The translations under genes and the position numbers were made by a program. The notes under the pieces were generated by a model. It had not been told where the DNA came from. It saw only the letters and a program-made list of their open reading frames with translations, and searched no databases. 64,000 nucleotides of DNA from contig CP110439.1 in the NCBI GenBank assembly GCA_026914245.1, positions 6,944,001 through 7,008,000 on the forward strand, given 5' to 3'. Each line of letters begins with the position of its first letter. Position 1 is the first letter of the stretch. This document shows, in pieces, positions 1-13,233 of this stretch. Source of the DNA: Puccinia triticina (lineage: Eukaryota).

Positions 1-1146
1 GATAGAGAGACGTATTTAGCTCAGCTGTCTTGTCTCGATCCAAACACCCAACATGCCAATCAGAAGTGATTAAGCTTTATTTCCGGGCTTGTAAAGTATG
101 TACATGTCGGAAATGGATCTATTAAAATGAATAAAACAAACCTGGAGAATCTCAAAAATGGTTGTTTAGAATTCAAACTGTACTGTTACAATAATAATCA
201 ATTGGTTCTTGATAAGAGATGTGTTTTGAATTTTCTCTTGACAGGTTTACTGACAGATCATGGATCAACTCTGTCTACAACAAAGTCTGGGTCAAATTCT
301 GGGAGTCGATGATGTGCAAATCCGAAGAGACTGTTATGATATGTAGTGTCATCTGAAGGGGATTCATGAAGATTTCCTTCCACACTAACTTAACACCAGT
401 CCCCCTGGTGAGAGGCTTGCTGTGGCTGGCCGCAAAGCGGCCCCTCTCGCACTGCGCAGGGAGGAACTTGCCTATTATCCCCCAATTTCACAGGGGACCA
501 GAAAGTACCAAATGGCTGTAAGGTTTTTTCACTTTTTAATAGCACCGCCCCCAGCACCCCCACAGTTCTGATTGACAGCTTTCTGGCCCTTTGGAATCTC
601 CTCTACGTCGATTCTGTCTCCTCAGAATTTTCTTATCTACATTGATGTATTTTTAATACATTTTTGAAACATGACCTCTCAAGCAATGGATCTGCACAAA
701 GATTCACAAGGCTGAAATTCTTGTAGATCCTGTGGATCCACAAAACTGCATGCTTTCTAGGCTGTATGTAGATTCTTGACAGATTTTATGCACATGGGCT
801 AAGATCACCATCCCGCTTCTCTCTGGCCAAATGTGGATCCACAGATGGATCTTCCAAACTTAAGACATGGTTTGGAATTCTTTTTGCTGCCTCTACCTAG
901 ATTCCTGTAAATTTTTGCCACTAGAGATTGCAGTCTTTTGATTGGGAGGCTGGAACATGCGTCAAAAGTTGCGCGTTCATCAAGGCTACAATACTGTCTA
1001 TTCAGTTTTTTTGTTGTTGTTTTTATTGCACTTTATAGGGTTGTTTTTGTATTTTTTGCATTGAATATCACTTCTGCTCCCGCCAAAATTGAGGGATAGC
1101 AAGTAAGCCTCCCCTACGCAGAGCACTCCGCCCGGGTCCCCCAGAC

Positions 1147-1361
1147 TGTTGAGTTGTCTGTTAGTCTGCTACCATGATGTATCACCGCAGTATGGAGGGC
1201 TGTTGGATTGACCCATGAGCACTACAAACCAACCACCCAGCAGGAAGCCAAAAGCGTCTGTAGCCCAGTTGCTAAAGGCAGCACTCTAGTATGTGTCTCA
1301 GCATAGCTGAGGTTGTGAGTTTGACTCTCACTAGACACATCTTCATTTTACAGTCTCTACA
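1147..1361 (+). mobile_element. Short solo LTR carrying a tRNA-like module (family A, copy 1)
   Basis: Termini TGTTGAG...CTCTACA. Aligns over its whole length with the reverse complement of 20389-20731. Flanks CAGAC/TAGAA are only a degenerate TSD. Confidence 0.7.
1254..1339 (+). pseudogene. tRNA-like sequence inside LTR
   Basis: Acceptor GCGTCTG/TAGACAC, A-box-like TAGCCCAGTTG, hairpin CTCAG-CATAG-CTGAG, T-arm GTGAG-TTTGACT-CTCAC (B-box GTTCGACTC with a C>T change). Isotype not assignable. Confidence 0.65.
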
Positions 1362-3544
1362 TAGAACTTTACTTGAGTGGCTTTGTTAAGCTAGCCTTCC
1401 ACAGATATTGGATATTTTATCTTTTAGTGATGTGTGAATGGCAAGCCATGAAATGCCACCAGAAACACATTCCAGATTGTGTAGATTTTCAGTTGTGGCC
1501 AACACTGGGTAGTTACAATATGCTACAATAACCGCAGTTATATGCATAGAATAATACCTGCCGTTAATATTATTTGGTGTTATTGCTAAAATTAACAAGC
1601 ATTTTGTGACCTGACCTTTATTTTATTGGGGCCAGTTTTTTATTGTTTTACTAGTACAATAACACACTATGAGTGAGATAAAAGTGTAGCAAGCAGTAAA
1701 CAAACCTGTCTGGCCAAACGTTTGTCAAATATCTGCTCTTTCACCCAGTGGATATTGTATACAGCTGTGGAAATGCAAAGTTCCATGATGGGTGATATTT
1801 TATTGCATCTTTGTTACTACCAACAGTAACAATAACTGAGCAAAAATTGCTACAGTACTGTTAGAGCATCTTTACCAGTGGCTAGTTTAGCTTGTAGCTA
1901 GCTACACACTGGGGGTACTCCTTACCGCCTTGGATTGTGGATACAACAGGCAACACCTGCTCTGTGAAAACTGTGTGGAAATCACTGTGCCCCGTTGGCG
2001 CCATCACCTGTCAAAAATGGGTGGATACAACGGGATACTCAGTTGGCTCCACCCTCCTGGGGTCTCCTTGTTATAAATTCAGGGTGGAGCCAATAAATGA
2101 GATGAATGAGGAATACTTGTGGCTCCCACACACAAGGAATCCAAGAATTTTGCTGAATTCCCTGTGGAGTCAATGGGAGGAAACCCATGTGGTTTGCGGG
2201 TTCCACGTCAGCTGTGAGGGTTCCATATCACTTTGAGGTGAGAGGTGTCTTGTGATCCTCGCAAGTCCCTCCCAAGTCCCACAAGCACTGAACAAGTCCC
2301 ACTTTACCCTTCAACTTCATTCCAGAGTCCACTCCCCATCCGACTCTCCCTCACACCCCTCAATCTCACACAGATCAATGGCAGCAGATATAAGGGAGAT
2401 TTTTCAGTTGATTTTGTAAGCTGAAAGAACAGAAAACAACTTGGCAAGAAAAACCAGTGCATCCGTTGGGTGATCAAGACGCGGACACAGAGGTCAGAGG
2501 ATGGACTACATGGGCAGACTGATGGAGCAGAGCAGATGGCCAATGACAATTGTTGCTAGCATGTTTGGAGGGGGATATCTGGCTTTCTTCTATACTCAAA
2601 CTTCAAAGCAAAAAAAGTAAGCCCGCAACCCTTCATCCCACCTTTTTTTCTTGAAGAAGAAGAAAATGATGGCTGAAATGGTTGGGGGACAGTAGTGGTG
2701 GTGTGTGTAGTTTAAAACACAGGTTCAAGAAAAAACAGAAGGACAATAGCAAGTGAGAAATAGAGGTCACATAAAACTCTTCTAATACTCAAGTACCATC
2801 CGCAAGTGTAAGTACAATCATGAGTTGTAAGTAAGATGATGAAAAAGAAAAGAGAAGAGAAACCGTGAACCCATTCTCCCCCCTCCCCTCCACATTTTTT
2901 GGCTTTTTTTCCCCACACAAATCCGCATTAGTCCTCCATCTCTGCATGATTCACTCCCAGGCTCTGTGTCAGCCTTAGAGCCAACATAGTTAGCCTAAAG
3001 TCTGCCTTTTATACTCTTTTACACCTAATTCCCTTTGTATATTTTTCATATTGAGAGTTATCTTTAAAAGAATTCAGATAAATAAAATGTAATTTCTTGT
3101 TAGACTTCTAAACAACTTTTAATTAAAAAAAAAGAAAACAATAATCATTTTCTGAGGGGATTTACCTAAGAGCAGGCGATAGGCCTCTCTTCACTAAGAT
3201 GAACAAAGGAAAAAGAAATAATGGGGTCTTGTTCACAACTGTTAGCTCTGAGGCATTCTGCAAACAAGTCAGGCGCATTAGTTCTGACTCAATAGCTCTC
3301 TTGATTTTTTTCAAGACAAATTGTCTCTTACGCTCTTTGAGCTTGTGGCCCTTAGGATCCTTTTGTTTTGGTTTTGGCAAAACAGCAAAGGAGTTGTGCA
3401 ATGTTATCTGTAGTAAGATTGCACTCCTCATGAGCCTTTTGTTTCCCTAGCCTTGTTTGGATGCAGCCACTCACCAATTTTATTCCCTTCTCTTTGAGAG
3501 GAATTGGTTCGGGTGATCTTCTCCTGGTTGACTTTGTCTACAGG

Positions 3545-4835
3545 CAACAATGGGTGACTACGCTACCCATAGCGGTAGTGTAATGGTAAAGTAGCTATTT
3601 TAAGGTCGCTACTGCTACCTTACTACATTATCTGTGCATAATTTTAAAGATTTTTCATTGAAACTACACTATTGGAAGGTTTTTTTTTTGCATTACATTA
3701 CAGAATGGAAATTCATTTCTTTTTGGATGACAGAATTGCCTTCAAAACCTTCCCAGCCTCGGAGAAATCCCCTGTCAGAGGGATGTCCTCCCAACGCCAC
3801 ATAAGGCTTGAGACACAGTGAGACATTGTTGAAGGGAGCAGCCTTCCTTGGTTGCTTCTACATACATCCAAAGCTGCAGAGAATAGTCTCTCAACAGCAC
3901 AGGAGCTTCCAGTTGCTCCAAGGTATGAACAGGCCAAGATGGCCAGCGTGGGTTAGGTTTTCTGGTTGGCCTGTTTGGAAAAGTTGCCAAGTTAGTGACA
4001 TTCTTTGATATAATCTGACCTTTTGGGGAAAGGAACATACCTTCCACCACTTCAATGGAGTGCTTTTGCAATCTAAATCCTTGGGGCTGAATGGTGTGGC
4101 TTTGTGATTTCTAGAACATCGGTATCACTAGTGTTTGGCGCTGTTTTTTTTATCCTTTGCTAGTCTGAAGAAGTGCTGAAGCAATTGAAGGCCTTCAGCA
4201 ACCTCTGAGCTTTCAATTCCAAAGCCAATCTCAAAAAAAGTCATCCGGTAACATGGATGCAAAATAGTGGCCATGAAGAGGGTTTTGCATTGCATTGCTT
4301 CGCTGAGGTACTTCTCCACTCGCTTCAAAATTGCATGGTACATCGGGTACAGCAAGGCTGATTACAAAGAGGCTGCAATCTTGCTGATGAGCCCCTCTTT
4401 CAATTCGAGATACTTTGGAATGACATGTGTTCCTGTGGCCAAGTTGCCTTCCATTTCAGAAGTAAGATTAACAAACACCTAAGTATATCAAAGTATGCCA
4501 GTCAGTTTGCATGGCAACAGCCTGGATTGAAGACAAAAATCTCACCTCAAGCTCTTGATTGAGATTGTCAATCTCTTTCTAATTGCGCGGTAAGAAGAAC
4601 ACATTGTTGAATTCTCCAGGGCTGTTTTCCTCTTGATCTTCTTTCTTTCTTAGGTCGATATATGCTACGCTATCTGTTTCCTAGGGGTAAAAATGACCCC
4701 TGTCCTGAAATCACGCTACGGCTTAAGGTGAAAATTCACCGCTACGGTTAGCGGTCATGTAGCGGGGCAGTCATTCAAATCATTACGCTACTGGGAGATC
4801 CAGATAATGTAGTGTAATGTAGCGACCCATTGTTG
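3545..4835 (-). mobile_element. Deleted hAT DNA transposon
   Basis: TIR CAACAATGGGT...ACCCATTGTTG flanked on both sides by CTACAGG (3538-3544, 4836-4842). Contains a transposase remnant. Confidence 0.85.
3713..4620 (-). pseudogene. hAT transposase C-terminal remnant
   Basis: Fragments KYLSEAMQCKTLFMATILHPCYR and YLGATGSSCAVERLFSAA (hAT C-terminal dimerisation motif), interrupted by stops and frameshifts. Confidence 0.85.
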
Positions 4836-7800
4836 CTACAGGAGTTTGGATAAAGTGTTAGCTCTTATCTGAACACTTTGGAGTTTAAACATCAGCAACT
4901 TACCTTTGGTAGGTGCTGATATTCTAGCTCTGAGTGACAGGGGGCCGGGATTCTCCACAAGCCTGAGTTTTCTGGTTGTTGGAGTTGAGTCTGCATACAC
5001 CAGAGATTGATGTGTCAGTTTTTTTTGACCCTGCGGAACCATTTTTGGACTGCGGAACAGGTTTGCTTTGCTTATCTGTTTCCGCAGCTAATGTGGATCC
5101 CGGTTGCTTACTCAATTTATGAGGGTGCGGCCTTTCACCTGGGTCTGTAATCTCACAATCTTTGTTTTGACTTCAGATTCTTTTTCCTCATGAAATTTTA
5201 ACCCTAGTTACAACTCACCACTTCCTTGTAACTCTACCCCTTCCCTAAGTTCTTGAGTTATGGCACACATGCGCAGTTGTGACGTGGCAGCGCTACCAGG
5301 CGCGCCAACCACTTGTACATACGTAATCCAAGTTTATTAAAGACACAATTTTTCCAAAATTAAATAAAATAAGATCAAGGGTTCCCCCTTACAATTATAC
5401 AAAATGAGAAAAAAAACATCATGGGTTTCCCCATCAACAAAAGTTCAAAAAAAAAACAGGTGGGGTTTTCCCACTACAAAAACCAGGATACAAAAAAAGG
5501 GGAATTTTACATAAGAAAAATCTAAATCTCTACCAGCCTTCCAACATCGGCAAAGCCGTGCCCCCAGGCTCACCACCCAGCCCGCATCAAGCGCACGAGT
5601 CAAAAGTGATGGACATGAAGGCCCCCGGCCCGCAGCTAAGGCTGCAGACCCGTGGGGGGCCCACTCTTCAGCCCCTCAGACTGCGCACGTGCAACAGCGG
5701 AGGAGCGCGAGGATGTACTGCCAGCTGGAATTACAGCAAAAACAGAAACACCTGGGGGGACAAACAGAGTGGCCAGATGGCCTCTTTATATATCCGTCCA
5801 AGATCTGGCCACCACCCGCCATTACCAACAGCTGTCCTGCCTCAAATTCAGTCCACCCAGCCATTGTCTGACACCAAGCCACTCAACTGTTGTTGGAAGC
5901 TGGTTCGGACACTCCACAAATTTCAACTGTTGCTCACGGCCAGCTCCCCGCCAATCGTTGGTATGGCAATAAGTTTGCCTCCGCCACGCCCTTGGTCTCC
6001 AGCCAGCCCTTCAAGCATCTGTTCAGGCCTCACCACGTCTGTCTTTGCTGCTGCATTCACTGGGAATACTACACAGCTGGCCCAGCCTCCCTCGTTACAG
6101 CCGATCCGGGGGCAGAGAAATATACGAGCGGTCTTCTGTAGCAGGACGGAGCGAGGCCTTGTGCAGGACGACACTGTTGATATCCGTCTACCCCTTCCGC
6201 CCGCCGTTCCACCGCTCCCGGATCCCCGCGCCGCTGTGAGACCCCAGCCTGGAGAGCCAGCGGGTGCAGAGCAAGGGCTCCATCCTGCTCGCCGACCTTG
6301 TCTGGTCCCATTCCCGCACTGGCGCCACAGCCCATCTCCGCCGCCAGTTCTGCTGCTGGAACACATGGCCGCGACCGCGCTGTCGACGCTCAGCTCGGCC
6401 TAACTGAGTAACGGACTGCTCAGTCCTACGGAGTCTGATCTAGCGGCGATGCCCAGACGGCCTCCGAAGACACTATCCCTCTCCCGGCGCCCGTCCGACC
6501 GCGTCTTGCTCACCCCCGCTCCCGACCACCTTCCTCCTCATCCACAGCCACACTTAGCTGAGCCGGAGGAGCCCAACCCTGCCGACCCGCTCAAATGACT
6601 CATCCACGCCCAATTTCTCGCCTGCCACTCTCGGATTGTCCCCCGCAGACTCGACTCCCCGCTCTCCAGAAGCCGCGAGAGCCCGGCTGGCCGTCGCCGG
6701 CGTCGGCGATCAGGCCCGCTACGCCTTCTGGTGCCGCGGCTCCGGTAGCCCCGCCAAGGAGAGGTCGGTCATGTGTAAGCTCGTCGAGGTCAAGCGCCCC
6801 GCGGCGGCCTCCCCTTCAAAGCCTTCCCCGCCGGCCGGAGAGCTCATGGTTCTGGTGAGGACGTGCAGCGGGTGGATGGACCTCAACGGCTATTTGCGCA
6901 ATTTTCTCAACGCTTCCTGACCCTCTCTCCCGCCCATTCGCGTGTTCCTTTTCTGCTGCACCTCCCCCTCTCTTTTGCTTGCTGTGTCTTCTCCCGCTCC
7001 ATCTTTTTTTTCTCTTCTTTGTAAGTTCAGCAAGTAAGATACATTCATACATGGACTAACTTTGTTTCTGTGCATTTCATATCTCCTGAAGCCTGAGATT
7101 TGGCTCCAACTGTTCCCTCGAGTGGCTAGAATCTATTTCCAATCGCTCTGCCCTAAAGCTTATCTAAGTTAAGGCAAACAAAGATCACACACTGACATTC
7201 CCACAGCTGATTCAAAACTTGATGATTTAGCCGCCAATTCATTAGACTGACTATCACTGCAAAAATAACTTGGTCAACTGCTTGCAGTTGACATGCAGGA
7301 TACTCAAGCCAAGCTGCCATTGTAACTCCACATGAATGCAGAAGTGCCTTTGTTGGCACAGTCACTGTGCAAGGTGCACAGTGACTGTGCATTGAAGCTT
7401 AGGTTGAGTCAAACCTTGAGTAAGGCTGGTGTAACACCACAAGCTTCCTCAGAGTTGCCGCATGTCAACTGCTCACAGTTGACACAGTTTTTTTTGCAGT
7501 GTATTGAAGCTTGATCTTTCCCTGCGCTTGTTGTGTGAAAATGTCAGTCACCAGTATTTTCAGTCAGCACCTGTGCAAAATCAACCAGCAGCTCAACTGT
7601 GGCAGCAATCCAATCATGTAAAAATCTCTGGTCAAGTGTCAAGTGTTACATCAACAGTAGCAGGAACAGAAACATCAGCAAGAGCAACACTCCATAAATG
7701 CTATCCAAGTGCAGCAATACAATGCTGAATTTCAGGTTAATGGAGCCTCTTACATTAATCATTAAGATTCAGCATGAATATCACTTGACTTGACATACTG

Positions 7801-9196
7801 CATAGCATGTACCACTTTCTAAAACACCCAATCAAGTCAAGAATTTGATCACTTTCCACTTCAATTGTGACCATGTTTTCCTGACCACTGTAGCCTAAAT
7901 TGTTCTTCTCTCTGTTCATCATGTTTTTTCATAAGCATGGTTGAGCTGTCCTATTTCTTGTTGCACTGGATTTTGATCATATTTGCAATAAGTATTTCAT
8001 GCTTGCTTCAACTGTGCTCATCCAGAAAATTTCTTGAATGAGATGTCAATACATGAAACTTGGCCCAAAAATTTGTTACTGCATTTAGCTCTGATCAACA
8101 GTCAGGTCCCCTAACCTTATCATCCACAAGATATTCCTATCATTACCAGATTCTTCACCAAATTCCATTGTGATTATCACATGGGGGACTTGCCTTGTCC
8201 TATTTTTAATCTCAGAGATGCAATAACTGTTGTTGTATCTACTATCATACATACACTAACTCTTAGTGCATCTATTTTCAGAGATAAGACAAGATGGTCA
8301 ACCACAATAAAATATGGATTTAGTTATTCTTAACTTGCTATCTTTTATCTAAACTCACTGCAAAAGAATAAAACCAAGAAAGTATTGTTATTTGCAAAAA
8401 ATTCAAGGATAAAAGTATTATTGATGTAGTGCAGTGAAAAAATAACAATATGCTACACTAACAACAAATTTAGCATATCAGTCCACTCATAAACAATTAT
8501 CTCCACCTGGAACAGAAACTAATCCACCTGAAACTTCTGCAAGATCAACCTCTTCTTCTTTCTGCTCAATCAGCTTGGGGGTGTGTCCATAGGCCTGTTG
8601 ATCCCAAGCTGGATAACTGAGTCTGTAAATATTTCTAAGTTCTTCCACCAATTGTTTTTCATGCTCCCACAGAAATTAATGGGGCCACTTGCATCAGAAA
8701 AGCTCATCAATTTAGCATTTGAATCTTAATCAAGGGATGATGCACACAAGGCCTATGTACTTGAAGATTTATATAAACATGGGATTGAAGAAATTTGAAG
8801 CAATTATGTGGGGATTAAGCTTTAGCAAGTAACAAGTACATGTTTCAAGCTGCAGTCATTCAAAATTCTAATTCTTCTATAGAGTGAATTGCGACACTTC
8901 TTAAATTAGCAATACTATCACAATTTTCTTCAAATGAATATGAACTGCAGTGCAATGATTCAGGTCCCAATTGATTGATGAAAATGGGAGTCAGAGGGAA
9001 CAACTGATTTTCTCATGTTTAGTCACCAAAATTTAATCTAGCTGAAACAACTGGCAACAAGTGAATTTCATCAGCTAGAGAGACCTGCGAGAATTGAGAG
9101 CCATGGAGTTGGCTTGTAAGTGTGGTCTCTTAATCTGCCTAGACTCATTGAATTCAGTCAGACAAGGCACCTGAAGATTTAGACCTGGGATTTACA

Positions 9197-9221
9197 GCGG
9201 CGAAGCCGCCTTGGACTCTAG
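9197..9221 (+). mobile_element. Helitron-like 3' terminus
   Basis: Hairpin GCGGC-GAA-GCCGC followed 8 nt later by CTAG then T, at the end of a degenerate AT-rich block. 5' end not located. Confidence 0.55.
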
Positions 9222-9224
9222 TTA

Positions 9225-9748
9225 TGTATGAAAACTCTGAAATTTTTGAAGTCAGGATCCCCCATGCCTCAGGAGGATCCACAGACTTCAGCACACCAGA
9301 ACCACACCCCAGAGACACCCAGGATCACTAACCAGAGGCTACTTCACTCCCAGTATAACCACAGACTATTGAAAGTAAGCACCCTCTTTCACTGACCTTG
9401 TTTATCTCAGAGGAAAATCTGTTGCTCTTGACTGCTCTCTCCCTGTTTCCCTTCCTCTCTTAAACATCAAAAGATATATAGGTTATCTCTTGTTAAGACC
9501 TTAAAAACCAGAGCAGAGTATAAGTAACCCTACTTCTGATTCCCACCACCGTTTCCTTGGTGTGAGTGGAGACTATTGCACCTTTTCAGCACAGTTGGCA
9601 GTCTACTTTTCCAGGTAGAGATTGGACCATATTAAATCATAACATTAAAAGATCTACTTCTCTCCCTCTATTTCTCTCTACTGCTTGTATTTCTTTATCC
9701 CAAGAAATACAATCAGTGTCCCCCAAATTCTTGTGTCCTGCCGTCACA
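9225..9748 (+). mobile_element. Possible LTR remnant
   Basis: TGT...GTCACA-bounded non-coding block with an internal TATA-like stretch. No TSD found. Confidence 0.3.
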
Positions 9749-11900
9749 TAAGAGACACAGGCTCAGACTCTGCTCCCTCTGATGATTGAGCTCCCATTCT
9801 AGCCCCCGTCAGTCAGTATATCACCAGCTCCACCTGCTGGTGGAGCCCGCTTCAGCTGCCCTGGCTCACCTGCTGCCGCGCTGCTGCTATCCAGTCCACA
9901 CCTTTTATTGGCCACATTCCAGCTCTTGCCCTTTGCTCCAGTCCGGAATCCGTGAGTTTTCCCACTTCATGCTTTCTGTGTGTGCAACTTTCTGTATGCT
10001 TTTTTTGTTGTGCTTTCTGAAATCACCCTCAGTGATTATTTCACTGAATGCACAGTGAGCTCAGCCGTGTGTGCATTCCCACCTGCGCTATTGCCCAGTG
10101 GAAATTCCGTAACACTTGCTCATATAAATCACAACACCAGTCATTGAGAGGATTGAGACCTCCTGACAACCAGTCTGTACCGTTCATTTGGAGGTTTGCA
10201 TATGTATGTTCTACATTGGACATCAAGGGGAGTGCTTTCTTTCCTCAATTCCCAGTGGCTATGGGATATATTGGAGTGTACAGCAGGGCCCTCCCTTATC
10301 AGCCAACCAAATCCTCAAAAAAGGAGTGCATATTTGTGCACTCCAAAACCAGCCCTTTTTTGGAGTGCACATGGTAATTTTAAATCTTTAGGTATTGCAA
10401 AAATGATGTCCCTTTGAAGTTTTTCTGGTTGCCACTGAAGACCCTAACTTAACAAAGTCCCTCTCAATGTGGAGGGGGGACGCTGTCCCGCAAGGACCCT
10501 CCAAAGGAGGGACTTATGCGCTATGTTGCCCCTCTTTCCTGAGAGCATCAAGAAAATCAGGATTTTTTTTAATCCGCTGTACAGCCGCCATCTCTTATTG
10601 GGTGACTAAAAAGTCACCCAACAAAATGAGGGGCTTGTCCAGGAGAATTTCTTTGTCTCCTCCTTGAACTTATGAGGGCCTTCAATGTCTGGTTAATTGT
10701 GTGTTTTCCAATTTTGTCCCTCCAAAGAGACTGAAACAACAAATCCTGTATCAATTGCCACTCTCATGGAACAAAGATTCCACATTAAATACAGCAGTTG
10801 AAATAACAAGCATAAGAGCCCTTGCTACATAAATGTCTATACGCACTCATGGGCTACAGTTATTGAAACAGCATAGTATGTTTCAGAACTGAATACAGTT
10901 TTAATGTGTGGAAGTGCCTGGAATTCAAGTGCAATGCCCAAGAGGAAATAAAAATTTTACACAGCAGGATAGTGAAGGCAGCTGATGGGATGGAGACAAA
11001 AAAAATAATAGGTACATGGGGACTGTTTGCGTGGTCCCAGAAATGAAAACTAGAATGAAAAGTGTCCGGAGACAAGTGCGTGAGGTTGATTATGAAAAAC
11101 TGCCCACCAAAAGCTGAAATGCTCTCAGGCCACGGAGTCGACTTAGCACGTACATTCCTCCTTCGGAGGTTGCTGCGCTCCCCCAAGGAGGGAAAAATAG
11201 CGAAGTTAGCAAAAGCCCTCAATGAGTACAGCTTCACAAAATTTGAAACATTTGTTCATAAAGGTCTTGAAATGGGCTCAATTTTTTTTTGAAATTCTAT
11301 TTTGAACCCCCCTCATTCCACTAACTTAACTAAGTCCCTCCCTTTGTGGAGGGGGGGGCGCCGTCCCGCAGGGACCCTCTGAAGGAGGTCGGAGGTCGCT
11401 TCGCTCCCCCGAGGAGGAGGGAATTAGCTAAGTTAGCTCATTCCAGCCCCAAGTACTTCAGGAGCTGGAATTTAAAGCATAGCCATAAGGCGGGTGACAA
11501 AAACTGGAAAGATTCTTGGGCTTGGAAGCTTTCTCTTGTGTTCAATCAAAACAATTCCAGGTTTCCTTATTTGTGTTTGCAGCCCATTATGATGACCAAA
11601 GAACAAAACTGACAACAAGCCAAGAAAATAAAGAAACTACTCATAGAAAAACAGAGTACACATTAAGCCCATCAAACGGATGTGAGTGACTTTGAGACTG
11701 GATTGAGTAGACATTCTGAACATCTAGCAACAAACCACAAGAACACTTTTGCTTCTTTCCAAATATTACAGATAAATCTCAGGACGTGTTTGTACATTTG
11801 GGTGAGTACTAGATACGAGGAGGGACAGCAGATGTTTTGACGGATGAATACAAGTAACAGATATTGTTAGATGGGGCTGAAAACGGTGGGCTTGATTTGA

Positions 11901-13233
11901 TTAGATTTTACCCGGGAATGTGTTCTTTCGACCGCATTTTCCTCCCTTATCTTCGGTACTCGTGGCGCATTTGATCGCCTTTCTTGCCACTTTATTCTTG
12001 TTTGGTTTTGGTTTGATCAATGACAATGAGTTTTCGTCTCCTCGGCGGAAATGGGGGTGCGAAAATCCTGAAAATGAGGAGGTGGAAGAGTTTGTTTGGA
12101 CATTATCAACTTGATCGAGTAGTTTGATCGTATTTAAACGCGTGAAGTTGTAGAGCTGAAACATTTTTTACAACGCCAGTCAGCCATTCTTTCGGTGGAA
12201 CTAGGGGAGTTCATAGGCCAACATACGTTTAGCTGCCGAATGAAAGAAGAGACATTACTGTGCCGAAAGAATTTAGGCAAGATCATCGTCGCAAATTCGG
12301 TGTTCGCTGCATGAAAAAAGGTTTAGATTAGTTTGTCACACGGGATTTTAGATACAACCGCACGCACCATGTGCCAGAACAAAGGCGTCCCCCGGACCAT
12401 TCCAACGCTGATTGGGCAAAGAGATCAAGCAATCAGTAAACAGAAATGCACCTCATCGCTTTCGTTGCTAGTTACACTTACAATGTATGGTCTGTATTCT
12501 TCATGGCCGCAAAGATGGTAGAGTTTGCTTATGAAAGCCTACATGAGGACAAAGTCAGTAATGAGCAGTGATGGATCGACGTAATAAATGATTCCAACTT
12601 ACAGTACACTGGGGTGTTGCACTTGGCTCCGGCTTCGGCGGGCGCGATATGTCAAGGGCGTCGGGAGAGTCACTCTTGATTAGTGTCATTTGTCCGTATC
12701 TGGTAGAAAGACCCGGAGACTCGAGCCGAGAGCGACTGGCGATGGGCAATAGCTCATGGGAAGACACGGGAAGATTGTGCCTGCGGGACGTAGGTGGCAT
12801 CTGCGACATTTTTGAAATGTAAGGTAGCCCAGAGCTTAGAGGCATCGGTTGGGCATTGGGACTAGTGATATAGTCGGCATTGTCCTGGCGATGGTAGTAT
12901 TGCGTGGATTGATTGTGGACATGATGTGAGTACGGAGAGTGCGATACAGGTACGGTTGAGTGGAAGGGGTAGTGAGGGGGGTGGTCACCACTTTCCGCGG
13001 GATTTGGGGATTGAATCACTGATTGATGGCTGTTGACATTTCTAGGTATAGACAGACTAGGTGAGCGAGTTTGAGGAGAGTGTTGACTATGTTGGGAAGG
13101 GGCGTTGTTTTCAAGGTTCACCGAATGGTGATGGCTATAGCTTTGATTACTCTCGACTCCATCGTTGTATTCATAAGAATGCTGTGGTGGGGAAAAACCC
13201 AAGGTTGGGAATGGAGCCGGGTCAGCTATGTCG
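11901..13233 (-). CDS. HSF-type DNA-binding domain protein (multi-exon, 5' end uncertain)
   Basis: Spliced reading gives a long S/H/Q/P-rich exon, then AFISKLYHLCGHEEYRPYI | RWNGPGDAFVLAH | ANTEFATMILPKFFRHSNVSSFIRQLN | LYNFTRL...FSHPHFRRGD, an HSF winged-helix signature. Introns are GT-AG and the stop is at 11901. A possible first exon (ATG 13468) was not resolved. Confidence 0.85.

Noticed and set aside
5558..6920. Long GC-rich ORFs (281 aa and overlapping frames) as a host gene
   Set aside because: Open in several frames because of high GC, with no recognisable domain. Probably repeat-derived, but I could not assign a family.
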